Shown here in pieces: positions 35,873 to 45,571 of a DNA stretch of 64,000 nt. The notes beneath the pieces were generated by a model. The model saw nothing but the letters and a program-made list of their open reading frames with translations. It was not told the DNA's origin and did no database searches. Each line of letters opens with the position of its first letter. Within the stretch, counting starts at the first letter, position 1. Source of the DNA: an uncultured Saprospiraceae bacterium (lineage in GTDB: Bacteria > Bacteroidota > Bacteroidia > Chitinophagales > Saprospiraceae). The translations under genes were made by a program, and so were the position numbers. The stretch is from NCBI GenBank assembly GCA_937929835.1, contig CALFUU010000035.1:10940-74939 (forward strand). The letters are read 5' to 3'.

Positions 35873-37402
35873 TTAGTGCTTGAAATGGCGTATACCCGTG
35901 AGGACCATAGGTAGTCCATTTTCATTACAATAATTGATACTCAGGTCATCCTTTATAGAACCACCTGGCTGAATAATCGCTTGTATACCTGCCTTATGTG
36001 CAATCTCCACACAATCAGGAAAGGGAAAAAAGGCATCTGACGCCATAACTGCTCCTGCGGTGTCAAAGCCAAACTTATGCGCCTTGGCGATGGCCTGAAG
36101 GCAGGCATCTACTCTCGAGGTCTGCCCGCAACCCATACCTAATAGTTGTTTGTCCTTGACTAAGACTATGGTATTAGACTTGAGGTGCTTGGCCAGCTTA
36201 CCAGCAAAAAGGAGATCTTCTACTTGCTCTGGAGAGGGTTGTTTGTCTGTGACACACTTCAGGTCTTGCTCTGTCTCTACTCTGAGATCAGTGTCTTGAG
36301 CGATAACCCCATTGAGGATACTCTTGTGGCTTTGCAGCTGCCGAGCGTAGGTTTTTATTTTGAGGAGTACCCTTTTTTTCTTTTGAGTCAGTAACTCTTT
36401 TGCTTCTGTGTCAAAGTCAGGAGCGATAAGCACTTCATAGAAGAGCTTGTTGATTTCTTCCGCTGTCTGAAGATCAATCTTTGTATTGGATATTAATATA
36501 CCGCCGAAGGCTGAGACATTATCTCCTGCAAGAGCTGCTTCCCAAGCTGCACTTACACGCTCTCTTGTCGCTACCCCGCAAGCGTTGGTATGCTTTAATA
36601 TAGCAAAGGTAGGCGGCGCATCTTGGAACTCAGACATCAACTGTACTGCTGCATCTACATCCACCAGATTATTGAAGGATAAGGCCTTTCCTGAGATCTT
36701 ATCAAATACCGCCTCTAAGTCCCCAAAATAGGTAGCTGCTTGATGTGGATTCTCTCCATACCGCAAACTCTCTCCTTGATTGTACGATTGCTTGAAGCTA
36801 GGTTCAGAAACCAAACCTCCGCTATTGAAATAATTGAAGATGGCTGTGTCATAATGAGAAGAGGTCATAAAGGCTCTAGCGGCCATCAACTTTCTCTCTT
36901 CTAGAGTAGAGGTAGCATCCTTTTCTAGGATCTGCTCTAGAAAGCCGTATTGGTCTTGAGACGGGATTATCAGGACATCATTAAAATTCTTAGCGGCAGC
37001 TCTAATAAGAGCTATCCCACCTATGTCAATCTTCTCGATAATCTTTGCCTCATCGGCGGTGCTCTTGACAGTATCCTCAAAGGGATAAAGATCGACTACA
37101 ACTAGGTCTATTTCGGGAATCTCATATTGATCTAGTTGAGATAAGTGATCTGCCTCTCTTCTAGCCAGTATACCTCCGAAGACTTTAGGGTGTAACGTCT
37201 TGACACGACCATCTAATATAGAAGGGTAAGATGTCAGGTCCTCCACCTTTTCTGGTTTGAGCCCATTGTCTTCTAGATGTCGGAAGGTCCCTCCTGTAGA
37301 GTAGATGGTTATATCTGAGTCTTTGAGTAAACTAATAACCTTATCGAGACCACTTTTGTCATAAACGGAAATGAGCGCTGATTTTATCTTCTTATTAGAC
37401 AT
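35873..37402 (-). CDS. purH: bifunctional AICAR transformylase / IMP cyclohydrolase
   Basis: 509 aa with the MGS-like N-domain (ALISVYDKSGL...STGGT) and the C-terminal AICARFT domain (ILKHTNACG, ASDAFFPF). Confidence 0.97.
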   Translation of the reverse strand: MSNKKIKSALISVYDKSGLDKVISLLKDSDITIYSTGGTFRHLEDNGLKPEKVEDLTSYPSILDGRVKTLHPKVFGGILARREADHLSQLDQYEIPEIDLVVVDLYPFEDTVKSTADEAKIIEKIDIGGIALIRAAAKNFNDVLIIPSQDQYGFLEQILEKDATSTLEERKLMAARAFMTSSHYDTAIFNYFNSGGLVSEPSFKQSYNQGESLRYGENPHQAATYFGDLEAVFDKISGKALSFNNLVDVDAAVQLMSEFQDAPPTFAILKHTNACGVATRERVSAAWEAALAGDNVSAFGGILISNTKIDLQTAEEINKLFYEVLIAPDFDTEAKELLTQKKKRVLLKIKTYARQLQSHKSILNGVIAQDTDLRVETEQDLKCVTDKQPSPEQVEDLLFAGKLAKHLKSNTIVLVKDKQLLGMGCGQTSRVDACLQAIAKAHKFGFDTAGAVMASDAFFPFPDCVEIAHKAGIQAIIQPGGSIKDDLSINYCNENGLPMVLTGIRHFKH

Positions 37403-37491
37403 ATACGGGATATTGCTGTTAAGGCTGCAAAAGTACTGAAAGGCTAGAGATTCTAGCTACCAAGAAGTCGCTCAGATAATAAATGCCTAGG

Positions 37492-38079
37492 TTAACTTCT
37501 GAAGTCTAGAATATTCCCCATTTCATAACAGATCCTACAGCGTGGCTCATAGATGTCTTTCTCTCCGAGGACAACTCTTTCTTTGTCTGATGATAATCTG
37601 TAAGAATGTGTTGCCAGGCTGCCACAATGTGGACAGATCGCATGGACTTTGGTAATATACTCTGCTACTGCTAGTAGATGTGGAATTGGTCCAAACGGGA
37701 TACCTTGGAAGTCCATATCAAGTCCTGCCACCACTACTCTTATCCCCTTTACGGCCAACTTTTGGCAAACACTGGTCAACTCATCGTCAAAAAATTGTGC
37801 CTCGTCAATACCGACCACATTGACTTCGCTGACGTGATCATATATGTCTGTACTCTTAGAGAGGGAGAGTGAAGAGATGGCCTTATCATCGTGCGATACG
37901 ACCGCATCATCAGCATATCTCGTGTCCTGATTCGGTTTGAAAATCTGTACTTTTTGGTTGGCGATCTTAGCGCGATTCAACCTTCTTATGAGTTCCTCTG
38001 TTTTCCCAGAAAACATCGACCCGCATATGACCTCGATCCAGCCACTACGCTGGCCTCTGAAATTGGGTTCTAAAAACAT
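37492..38079 (-). CDS. tdk: thymidine kinase
   Basis: It has the P-loop GSMFSGKTEEL, IDEAQFF, and the C-terminal zinc motif CPHCG...CRIC. Confidence 0.93.
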   Translation of the reverse strand: MFLEPNFRGQRSGWIEVICGSMFSGKTEELIRRLNRAKIANQKVQIFKPNQDTRYADDAVVSHDDKAISSLSLSKSTDIYDHVSEVNVVGIDEAQFFDDELTSVCQKLAVKGIRVVVAGLDMDFQGIPFGPIPHLLAVAEYITKVHAICPHCGSLATHSYRLSSDKERVVLGEKDIYEPRCRICYEMGNILDFRS

Positions 38080-38194
38080 TATGAGAAACTAATTATTGAG
38101 TAAAAGCAGTTAAATCAATGTGAAATCATCTAAAACATAGATGTAATCGGTCAAAATAGGAATTATAATTGCAAAGTAAAAAGAAAAGGAAACA

Positions 38195-38848
38195 ATGAAT
38201 CTGGACAAAACTGCCTCAGCGCTCAAAAGAATCAATAGACTCTATGAATTGATTTCTGAAATGGGAGAAGCCAGCACAACTGAGCAAGATCTGCTTAAAG
38301 CCTATGTTATGGATCTCTACAAAGCAGTGGCAGATGGTGAAGAACTCCCTGTAGCTGACAGTCCCACTGCCAATACAACTACACCCAAGCGCGCAGCAGT
38401 GCCCACTCCACCACCTGTGGCTCAACCAACAGCGCAGCCAGCACCCGAAGCCCGCCCAGTGTCTGAAGAAGTCATACCAGAACCCGCAGTAGAACAAGCG
38501 GCACCACAACCGATTAAAAAAGTAACGGCTGCTGCTAATAGCGAGTTGGACGAATTGTTCCAAACCGAAAAAATAAGTGAGCTCTCCGACAAACTGAGTT
38601 GTAGCCCCATAAGCGACCTTACCAAAGCTATGGGTCTGAACGAGAAGATATTTACCGTCAATGAGCTTTTTGAAGGGAATAATGGTGAGTTTCAGAATCT
38701 GATGGTAGCACTCAATGGCCTCAACAGCTATGATGAAGCCAAGACTGTGTTGATGTCTAGTGTGGCTACTAAATATGAATGGTCCAAGCCTGACAAATTG
38801 AAAAAAGCTAGAAACTTTATAAAACTTATCCAAAGAAGATACAACTAG
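38195..38848 (+). CDS. hypothetical protein with proline/alanine-rich central linker
   Basis: Its composition is coding-like, and it is followed 4 nt later by the rhomboid gene. The fully overlapping antisense ORF (38216-38833) has a W/C/F-rich non-protein-like composition. Confidence 0.55.
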   Translation: MNLDKTASALKRINRLYELISEMGEASTTEQDLLKAYVMDLYKAVADGEELPVADSPTANTTTPKRAAVPTPPPVAQPTAQPAPEARPVSEEVIPEPAVEQAAPQPIKKVTAAANSELDELFQTEKISELSDKLSCSPISDLTKAMGLNEKIFTVNELFEGNNGEFQNLMVALNGLNSYDEAKTVLMSSVATKYEWSKPDKLKKARNFIKLIQRRYN

Positions 38849-38852
38849 CTAG

Positions 38853-39605
38853 TTGGATACCTCTACACAAATATTTAAGACTGCACTGAAGTACAGCTTA
38901 AGCTTGGTCGGGATAATCTTTGCTGTGCACTTATATACTTTATACTTTAATATCTCCCTGACACACTGGGGTATATTTCCCAGAGAGACGAGTGGCCTTA
39001 TGGGTATCCTAACTGCACCCTTTGTACATGGCAGTTGGCATCATCTTTTTTCCAATGCTGCACCTCTGCTAGTTACAACGACGATAATCTACTTCTTTTA
39101 CCCACGTGTCGCTGTTGCGAGTTTTGTATTTATATACTTGTTGACGGGTATAACAGTTTGGTTGTTTGGCCGGAGTTCTTTTCATATCGGAGCGAGTGGC
39201 ATAGTGTACGGCTTAGTGTCCTTTATATTCTGGACAGGCATCTTTAGGCGCAATATGAAGTCGATCATCTTAGCCCTAGTCGTCACTATATTATACAGTG
39301 GCTATTTGGGTGGGATTGTCCCATTTAAGGAAGGGGTCTCCTGGGAGAGCCATCTACTCGGCGGTATTATGGGGATTTTTGTTGCCTTTCTCTTTAAGGG
39401 TATCATCGAGCAAGACGAGGAAGATTATGATCCGTGGGCAGATGAGAAGGATCAAGAGGCGACTTATTTTTTTCCTAGAGATGTATTTGCTATGACACGA
39501 CAGGAACGCTGGGAAGTAGAACAAGAGCAATTGAGATTACAACAAATAAGACAAGCTGAGGAGCAACAGCAACTTGATAGACTCAACGATCTAGATATAA
39601 ACTAA
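38853..39605 (+). CDS. rhomboid-family intramembrane serine protease
   Basis: It starts with TTG. It has six TM helices, the catalytic Ser in HIGASGIVYG, the His in SHLLGGIMG, and WHHLFSN. Confidence 0.8.
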   Translation: MDTSTQIFKTALKYSLSLVGIIFAVHLYTLYFNISLTHWGIFPRETSGLMGILTAPFVHGSWHHLFSNAAPLLVTTTIIYFFYPRVAVASFVFIYLLTGITVWLFGRSSFHIGASGIVYGLVSFIFWTGIFRRNMKSIILALVVTILYSGYLGGIVPFKEGVSWESHLLGGIMGIFVAFLFKGIIEQDEEDYDPWADEKDQEATYFFPRDVFAMTRQERWEVEQEQLRLQQIRQAEEQQQLDRLNDLDIN

Positions 39606-39613
39606 TCTCTATT

Positions 39614-40429
39614 CTAGGAATTGTGGTGGCCATCGATAGCCTTTCGTACAGAACCAAATTTCAGCAGTAATTCATTAGCTGCTGTGTAATCAAGACCAGT
39701 CTTATCCATTACCATCTTGGTACCACGATCGACCAACTTGTTATTGCTTAATTGCATATCGACCATCTTATTGTCGACTACCCTACCCAGCTTGATCATC
39801 ACCGACGTACTGATCATATTTAAGATAAGCTTCTGTGCAGTGCCTGCTTTCATACGTGTACTCCCTGTAACAAATTCTGGCCCAACCTCACAGACAATAG
39901 GATAATCAGAATGCATGAGCATCTTAGCGCCAGGATTACACACAATGCAACCAGTGACTATACTCCTCTCTTGACAATCTCTGAGAGCACCAACAACATA
40001 AGGAGTCGAGCCAGAAGCGGCTATACCTACAAGGACATCAGCTTCACTTATATTATGTTCAACAAGATCTCTGTATCCTTGAGTCTCATCGTCTTCTGCA
40101 AACTCTACGGCTCTACGCACAGCCCTATCCCCACCGGCCATCAAGCCAATCACCCAATCGTGCGGAACACCGAAAGTCGGCGGACATTCAGAGGCATCCA
40201 CTATCCCTAGACGGCCACTCGTGCCTGCACCTAGATAGAATAAGCGACCCCCACCAGTCATTTTATCGACTATGACATCAACCAGTTTTTCTATGGAAGG
40301 GAGTATGCTCGCTATCTTCTGTGGTACGGTATGGTCTTCCTTATTGATACTATGTAACAGCTGGGCAGTAGACATCTTATCTAAATGTCGATACTTGGAT
40401 TCTGTTTCTGTTGTTTTCTGATTTTTCAT
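39614..40429 (-). CDS. murQ: N-acetylmuramic acid 6-phosphate etherase
   Basis: It has the SIS domain GAGTSGRLG and the motifs ECPPTFG and TGSTRMKAGTAQK. Confidence 0.9.
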   Translation of the reverse strand: MKNQKTTETESKYRHLDKMSTAQLLHSINKEDHTVPQKIASILPSIEKLVDVIVDKMTGGGRLFYLGAGTSGRLGIVDASECPPTFGVPHDWVIGLMAGGDRAVRRAVEFAEDDETQGYRDLVEHNISEADVLVGIAASGSTPYVVGALRDCQERSIVTGCIVCNPGAKMLMHSDYPIVCEVGPEFVTGSTRMKAGTAQKLILNMISTSVMIKLGRVVDNKMVDMQLSNNKLVDRGTKMVMDKTGLDYTAANELLLKFGSVRKAIDGHHNS

Positions 40430-40577
40430 GTGGTAATGATAAGCAACTACTTGTCATAAGCGTAAATGGATTGCGTCTAACAAGAATCAAGGCTTAATGT
40501 GGTTATATTTGTATTCCCTAATCGAAGTTGACTCTCCTTTATTGAATCGCTTTGATAATATTTCATTCTCGTAATAC

Positions 40578-40613
40578 AAGAGACATATTCAACAGAGTAT
40601 GTCTCTTTTTTTT
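40578..40613 (+). terminator. strong plus-strand intrinsic terminator with no annotated plus-strand gene
   Basis: AAGAGACATA-ttcaacagag-TATGTCTCTT forms a perfect 10-bp stem followed by a T run (8 T in total). The stop codon of the minus-strand symporter lies in the loop. The minus-strand version has no trailing U tract. Confidence 0.5.
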
Positions 40614-42067
40614 GATAAGCTCAATAATCCTACAAAGGTGATTATCCCATTTAGCAAGAGCAACTCAAAGCCAAACTTATATCCCGCAAGCCAAGCCTCT
40701 GAGTTGTTATTAATGACATAAGTCAGTATTGGTGATAAGATACAAACTAGAGGCACCAATGGATCTCTTACGTTTAACTTTGTAAAAAAACCAAAAGCAA
40801 AAAGACCGAGCAATGGCCCATAAGTATAACCTGCTATTGAAAAGATTGCCTTGATAACAGCGTCGTTATTTATCTGATAAAATAATAATATGACAACAAA
40901 TAACAAAATGGAAAATACAATGTGTGTAATTAGTCTCGCCTGTTTCTTCTGCACTTCATCTCTATCTTTTTTTTCAAAATCGAGGATATCAATACAAAAA
41001 GATGTAGTCAAGGAGGTCAATGCAGAATCAGCTGACGAGTAGGCAGCCGCTATTAGACCCAAAACAAAAACAATCCCAATCGTCGCTGGAAGATGTTCAA
41101 AGGCCAACAAAGGAAAGAGCAGATCGGATTTCTCAGGCACCACAATGGCCAGACTATCCGCATAGATATAAAGCATAGCACCCATCCCCAAAAACAATAA
41201 ATTAACAAAGATTAGACTAAGGCTAAACCAAAACATATTCTTCTGTGCCTCTCCTAGATTTTTGCAAGTAAGATTCTTTTGCATCATATCTTGATCTAGT
41301 CCTGTCATTACAATAGCAATAAAAGCACCTGCCAGAAACTGCTTGAAAAAATTCTTAGAATCTGACCACCCTCCTTCAAAATAAAATATCTGCGAGTATT
41401 CACTTTGCTTAACTGTGGCGATAAGGTTACCTAATGACAATTGCATTTCAGAACCGATGGCAAAGATGGTTGCTACCACAGCTACGAGCATACATGTTGT
41501 CTGTAGCGTATCGGTCCAGACAATCGTCTTAATTCCACCTTTGTAAGTATAGATCCAAATGAGAATAATGGCGACCATTACCGTCAACCAAAAAGGTAAT
41601 CCATAATGGTCCATAACAAAAGTCTGGAGCACGATGGCTACCAGATATAATCTAAACGATGCCTGTACCAACCTAGAACCTAAAAAGAAAAAGGCACCAG
41701 TCTTATAAGACACCTGACCAAATCTTCCTTCCAAGTAAGTATAGATAGAGGTCAGATCCAGTTTGTAATACATAGGCATCAGCACTGTGGCTATAACTAA
41801 ATATCCCAGTAGATACCCAAAAACCATCTGCATATAGGAGAACTGACTCTCCGCAACCCATCCAGGCACAGACACGAAGGTGACGCCTGAAAGTGAGGCG
41901 CCTATCATGCCAAAGGCAACCAGGTACCATGGAGACTGTCGCTTAGCATTAAAGAAAGCCTGTGTATCTGCCCCCTTACTCGTAATATGGGCAACCAAGA
42001 GTAATACCAAAAAATAGCCAACGATGGTAGCTATCAGAACGATGGGAGAAATTCCATATGCAGACAT
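40589..42067 (-). CDS. sodium:solute symporter family transporter
   Basis: 492 aa with about 13 TM helices and SSF-typical N-terminal blocks (FFNAKRQSPWYLVAFGMIGASLSGVTFVSVPG). Confidence 0.9.
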   Translation of the reverse strand: MSAYGISPIVLIATIVGYFLVLLLVAHITSKGADTQAFFNAKRQSPWYLVAFGMIGASLSGVTFVSVPGWVAESQFSYMQMVFGYLLGYLVIATVLMPMYYKLDLTSIYTYLEGRFGQVSYKTGAFFFLGSRLVQASFRLYLVAIVLQTFVMDHYGLPFWLTVMVAIILIWIYTYKGGIKTIVWTDTLQTTCMLVAVVATIFAIGSEMQLSLGNLIATVKQSEYSQIFYFEGGWSDSKNFFKQFLAGAFIAIVMTGLDQDMMQKNLTCKNLGEAQKNMFWFSLSLIFVNLLFLGMGAMLYIYADSLAIVVPEKSDLLFPLLAFEHLPATIGIVFVLGLIAAAYSSADSALTSLTTSFCIDILDFEKKDRDEVQKKQARLITHIVFSILLFVVILLFYQINNDAVIKAIFSIAGYTYGPLLGLFAFGFFTKLNVRDPLVPLVCILSPILTYVINNNSEAWLAGYKFGFELLLLNGIITFVGLLSLSKKRDILC

Positions 42068-42082
42068 ACCGCTAAGATAGGA

Positions 42083-43351
42083 TTACGGACGAGCTATCTG
42101 CAATAGCTGGCTATAGACTTTGTCCCAGCCCGCCCAACCTTCTGCAGCGTAAAAAGAACTGTTGTGCCAGATAAATGAGCAGTGACCGCCGACTTTTTTA
42201 AGTTGCTGGATGACTGGTTTTAGTTGCTCTATCGCCTCCGAGGGTTGTAGCTTTTTGTATTTTCTAAGAGTGACATCCATTAGGCAAAACGGTATCACCT
42301 TCAGGGTAGTCCTCACATCTTTTTCTAAGTCATACCAGAAGAAAGGGCGGCTAGTACCTGCTCTAAATCCTATGGTATCTGCATAACCCATCGTGTGATC
42401 TTCGCTCAAACCACAAGTGATGAGTCTACGGTAAGTATGCGGGAGAGATAACCTAAGATAATGTTGGCGAGATTGATAAATAGGTTTTTCAATAATTGAG
42501 GCTAAGGTATGGACCTCTTTTTCGAGTTGACCTTGATTGTCGTTAGAAGCATAAGAAGGATGTATGGTCACTTGATGGTGCTTGCTGAGTTGTTTGATGA
42601 CCCTTATAAAATGAGGGTTGTCAGGCGGTAGAGATCTATCATACTTGGCCTTTGCGGATGTCAGCACAAAGAAGATTGGGTTAAAGCCATATTGCGCATT
42701 GACCTCTATCATTTCTTGATACTTATCAAATGGGTCTTGCCCTAGCCTTGCCTTTATTTTCTCTCCCTGCAAGGTCAGAATATCTCTAGTGAATGTTGCG
42801 AAGCTCTGCCAGGCCGGTTTGCCTTTATAGGCATAGATGTGATCAACATCTATGGTCGATGTTGCGGAATACTCAGGTCGTTTGATAGATAATGCGAAGA
42901 GCAATTCTAATTGTGTCACCAGCTGGTGTATCCATATGTCAACAACAGGCAATTCCAGCCACCCTTTTATTGCTAATTGGCCAGCAGAAGAAAGGTACCT
43001 TCCATGCTCATCGACATCTGGGGAGCTGTACTCCTCTACTCTTGCCAGTAGAAAAAATATCCCAGCATATAAATCGAAGTTGGTTGTCCCATTTTTAAAT
43101 TCTAAGACTGATTCTATTTCTGGAATAGTCTCATAATCAAATGCTGTAAAGTAGGCTGAATTTTGAATGGATAAAACACCTTCTAATTCTTCTGTAGTGT
43201 AATTGATTTTGATCTTGTGTGGACTAGCGGAGAAGGCTGTTATGTCGGTAGTTACAATATACTCAAGACCTAGCGTGTGCACAAAGATAAAGTCGAGCAC
43301 ATAGTCCAACTTGCTAGACACTACATCTGTCAATATGTGTGCGACGATCAA
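42083..43351 (-). CDS. hypothetical protein, possibly polysaccharide-deacetylase-like
   Basis: The blocks IDVDHIYAY and VTIHPSYASND are reminiscent of NodB-type deacetylases, but this is a weak call. The start is uncertain. A TTG at 43351 would give a TTGA start/stop overlap with truA. The longest ORF starts at 43408, inside truA. Confidence 0.45.
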   Translation of the reverse strand: MIVAHILTDVVSSKLDYVLDFIFVHTLGLEYIVTTDITAFSASPHKIKINYTTEELEGVLSIQNSAYFTAFDYETIPEIESVLEFKNGTTNFDLYAGIFFLLARVEEYSSPDVDEHGRYLSSAGQLAIKGWLELPVVDIWIHQLVTQLELLFALSIKRPEYSATSTIDVDHIYAYKGKPAWQSFATFTRDILTLQGEKIKARLGQDPFDKYQEMIEVNAQYGFNPIFFVLTSAKAKYDRSLPPDNPHFIRVIKQLSKHHQVTIHPSYASNDNQGQLEKEVHTLASIIEKPIYQSRQHYLRLSLPHTYRRLITCGLSEDHTMGYADTIGFRAGTSRPFFWYDLEKDVRTTLKVIPFCLMDVTLRKYKKLQPSEAIEQLKPVIQQLKKVGGHCSFIWHNSSFYAAEGWAGWDKVYSQLLQIARP

Positions 43352-44100
43352 CCTAACTGGGGGTATTTTATAGAGCTCAAGTAGAGCCCTTGCGCTGGGA
43401 CTGACCAAGCTCGTTGGAGGCGTTCTTGCTTGTCCATAGCTGTCTTGACGTCAATAAGTTCGATACGTTTCAGACCGATATTCAAAGTCATACCTACTAT
43501 TAGTCTTACCATTCCTCTTAGAAAACGATCAGAGGTTACTTTATAATGCCATTCGTTGTCATTAATAGAAATCCACTCAGATACTGTCAAAGCACACTTA
43601 TATGTATCGTTGTCTGCGTGGGTCTTACAAAAAGGTAAAAACTCTTTGTACTCTAGCAATAGTGCAGCCGCCTCATTCATCAAGTCCAGATCAGGAATTC
43701 CTGACTGGTCGTAACGGTAGACCGTGTGCTGTCTAAAGGGATCCTTGCCAAAGACCATTTTATAGGTGTAGGATCTAGCTACGGCATCGAAGCGTGCATG
43801 ATCTTTAGCGTCCATTTCTTGAATAGTATATACACGTACATCCTTGGGCAAGAGATTATTGAGTTTGTAGACAAGGTTGTCTGCACTAAATCTTTCGGGT
43901 AAGTCAGTATGTAAATAATATTCAGAGGCGTGCACAGCTGTATCTGTTCTACCACATCCGACAACTTGTATAGAGGCATTATACATCGTAGAGAGAGCAG
44001 CTTCTATAGTAGCTTGTACCGTCGGATCAGAGGGTTGTATCTGCCAGCCGCAGTAAGCGGCACCATTATAAGCTAGTCGTATAAAATACCTACGCGTCAT
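43348..44100 (-). CDS. truA: tRNA pseudouridine(38-40) synthase
   Basis: It begins YFIRLAYNGAAYCGWQIQP and has GCGRTDTAVHA with the catalytic Asp, plus FLRGMVR. Confidence 0.93.
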   Translation of the reverse strand: MTRRYFIRLAYNGAAYCGWQIQPSDPTVQATIEAALSTMYNASIQVVGCGRTDTAVHASEYYLHTDLPERFSADNLVYKLNNLLPKDVRVYTIQEMDAKDHARFDAVARSYTYKMVFGKDPFRQHTVYRYDQSGIPDLDLMNEAAALLLEYKEFLPFCKTHADNDTYKCALTVSEWISINDNEWHYKVTSDRFLRGMVRLIVGMTLNIGLKRIELIDVKTAMDKQERLQRAWSVPAQGLYLSSIKYPQLG

Positions 44101-44155
44101 AATCTCAAATATACATTAGTATGACATCTCCAATAGGAGTGATTGTAGAGTGCAT

Positions 44156-44186
44156 AAAAAAACAGCCTACCTTTTGAGTAGACTGT
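44156..44186 (-). terminator. intrinsic terminator downstream of sucD
   Basis: On the minus strand ACAGTCTAC-tcaaaag-GTAGGCTGT (9 bp including one G-U pair) is followed by TTTTTTT. It lies 24 nt after the sucD stop. Confidence 0.65.
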
Positions 44187-44209
44187 CTTTAGAATCAAAT
44201 TTATTTTAC

Positions 44210-45223
44210 TTAGGACAAACCTAGTTTTTCTAATACTTTCTTAAGCGTATCCGCCTTTAAGTCATCAACGTGTGCACTGATACCAATAGAATTCGCATAA
44301 GCTACTAAGTCAACTTCTTTCATTTTGGTGATCTCACTTTTTGACATTATTTCCTTACCCATCAGCTTAGCCATCGTCTCGCCGATATCTGCTGGAGAGT
44401 TGACTACGGAAATACCACACTCTCTCATAATGGCCATCTTTGCTTCCGCTGTATCATCCTTCCCGCCTACTATTGCACCTGCGTGGCCCATTGTTCTTCC
44501 TTTTGGAGCTGTCTGACCTGCTATGAATCCAACTACAGGCTTCGTACCATTTTCTTTAATCCATCTTGCCGCATCAGCTTCCATATTGCCACCTATCTCC
44601 CCTATCATTACGATACCATCAGTATCTGGATCATTCATTAGGAGTTCTACTGCTTCTTTGGTTGTCGTCCCTGGTATAGGATCTCCTCCGATACCAATAC
44701 AAGTAGATTGGCCCATACCAGCCTTGGTGACTTGATCAACCGCTTCGTAAGTCAAGGTTCCAGACCTAGATACGATACCTATTCTCCCAGGATTATGAAT
44801 AAAGCCAGGCATAATACCCACCTTAGCCTCACCTGGTGTCATCACACCAGGACAGTTAGGTCCTACAAGTGTGCAATCAAAATCATTAATGTAAGCTTTC
44901 ACTTTGACCATATCCTGCACAGGTATACCCTCAGTGATACAGATAATAACTTTTATCCCAGCACTTGCTGCCTCCATAATAGCATCACCAGCAAAGGGTG
45001 GCGGAACAAAAATGATAGAAGTATCAGCCCCAGCCTTCTTAACTGCTTCGTCAACGGTATTCCAGACAGGCTTACCCAAATGTTCTTGGCCACCTTTTCC
45101 TGGTGTTACTCCACCGACTATAGGTGTGCCGTATTCGATCATTTGACCTGCATGAAAACTACCTTCTTTACCAGTGATTCCCTGGACAATAATTTTTGAA
45201 TCTTTTGTGACTAATACTGCCAT
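44210..45223 (-). CDS. sucD: succinate--CoA ligase subunit alpha with ~47-aa C-terminal extension
   Basis: It has the [12 protein letters not shown]-terminus and SRSGTLTYE, and the catalytic His context GHAGAI. The canonical end ([13 protein letters not shown]) is followed by an extra helical tail ending [11 protein letters not shown]. Confidence 0.95.
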   Translation of the reverse strand: MAVLVTKDSKIIVQGITGKEGSFHAGQMIEYGTPIVGGVTPGKGGQEHLGKPVWNTVDEAVKKAGADTSIIFVPPPFAGDAIMEAASAGIKVIICITEGIPVQDMVKVKAYINDFDCTLVGPNCPGVMTPGEAKVGIMPGFIHNPGRIGIVSRSGTLTYEAVDQVTKAGMGQSTCIGIGGDPIPGTTTKEAVELLMNDPDTDGIVMIGEIGGNMEADAARWIKENGTKPVVGFIAGQTAPKGRTMGHAGAIVGGKDDTAEAKMAIMRECGISVVNSPADIGETMAKLMGKEIMSKSEITKMKEVDLVAYANSIGISAHVDDLKADTLKKVLEKLGLS

Positions 45224-45229
45224 TATAAT

Positions 45230-45535
45230 TTACTTGATTAAGATTATTTCTTCGTTTTCCTTGTGGAAGAGGTATTTTTCTCTTCCGTATTTTTCTATGT
45301 TCTGGTTGATTGTTTCTCTCTCTACAACCGCTTCATCCAACATTCGTTCATAATCCGCTTTCTGGTTCTCCAACTTCTCTACGTTGTTGGCTAACTTAAA
45401 TTGCGTGATGAAATTGTATTTGTCAAAGAATGCCAACCACACAAAAAACACTAAGGTCGTTAAAGTGTACTTATTCACCCAACCTTTATCTTGTTTCTTA
45501 GCTCTACTCTTTTTAACTGTCTTCTTCTTTGCCAT
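45230..45535 (-). CDS. septum formation initiator family protein (FtsB/DivIC-like)
   Basis: 101 aa with a basic N-terminus, a single TM helix and then a coiled coil. It lies immediately downstream of eno, as ftsB does in many bacteria. Confidence 0.65.
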   Translation of the reverse strand: MAKKKTVKKSRAKKQDKGWVNKYTLTTLVFFVWLAFFDKYNFITQFKLANNVEKLENQKADYERMLDEAVVERETINQNIEKYGREKYLFHKENEEIILIK

Positions 45536-45571
45536 AGTTACATATTAGTAACTTCAAATATATGTAATCTA

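Noticed and set aside
38216-38833. A 205-aa ORF lies antisense to, and almost coextensive with, the 217-aa plus-strand gene.
   Set aside because: Its translation is rich in W, C, F and H, with no secondary-structure periodicity or motifs. The plus-strand product has ordinary protein composition and is coupled to the downstream rhomboid gene by a 4-nt gap. I treat it as a shadow ORF.
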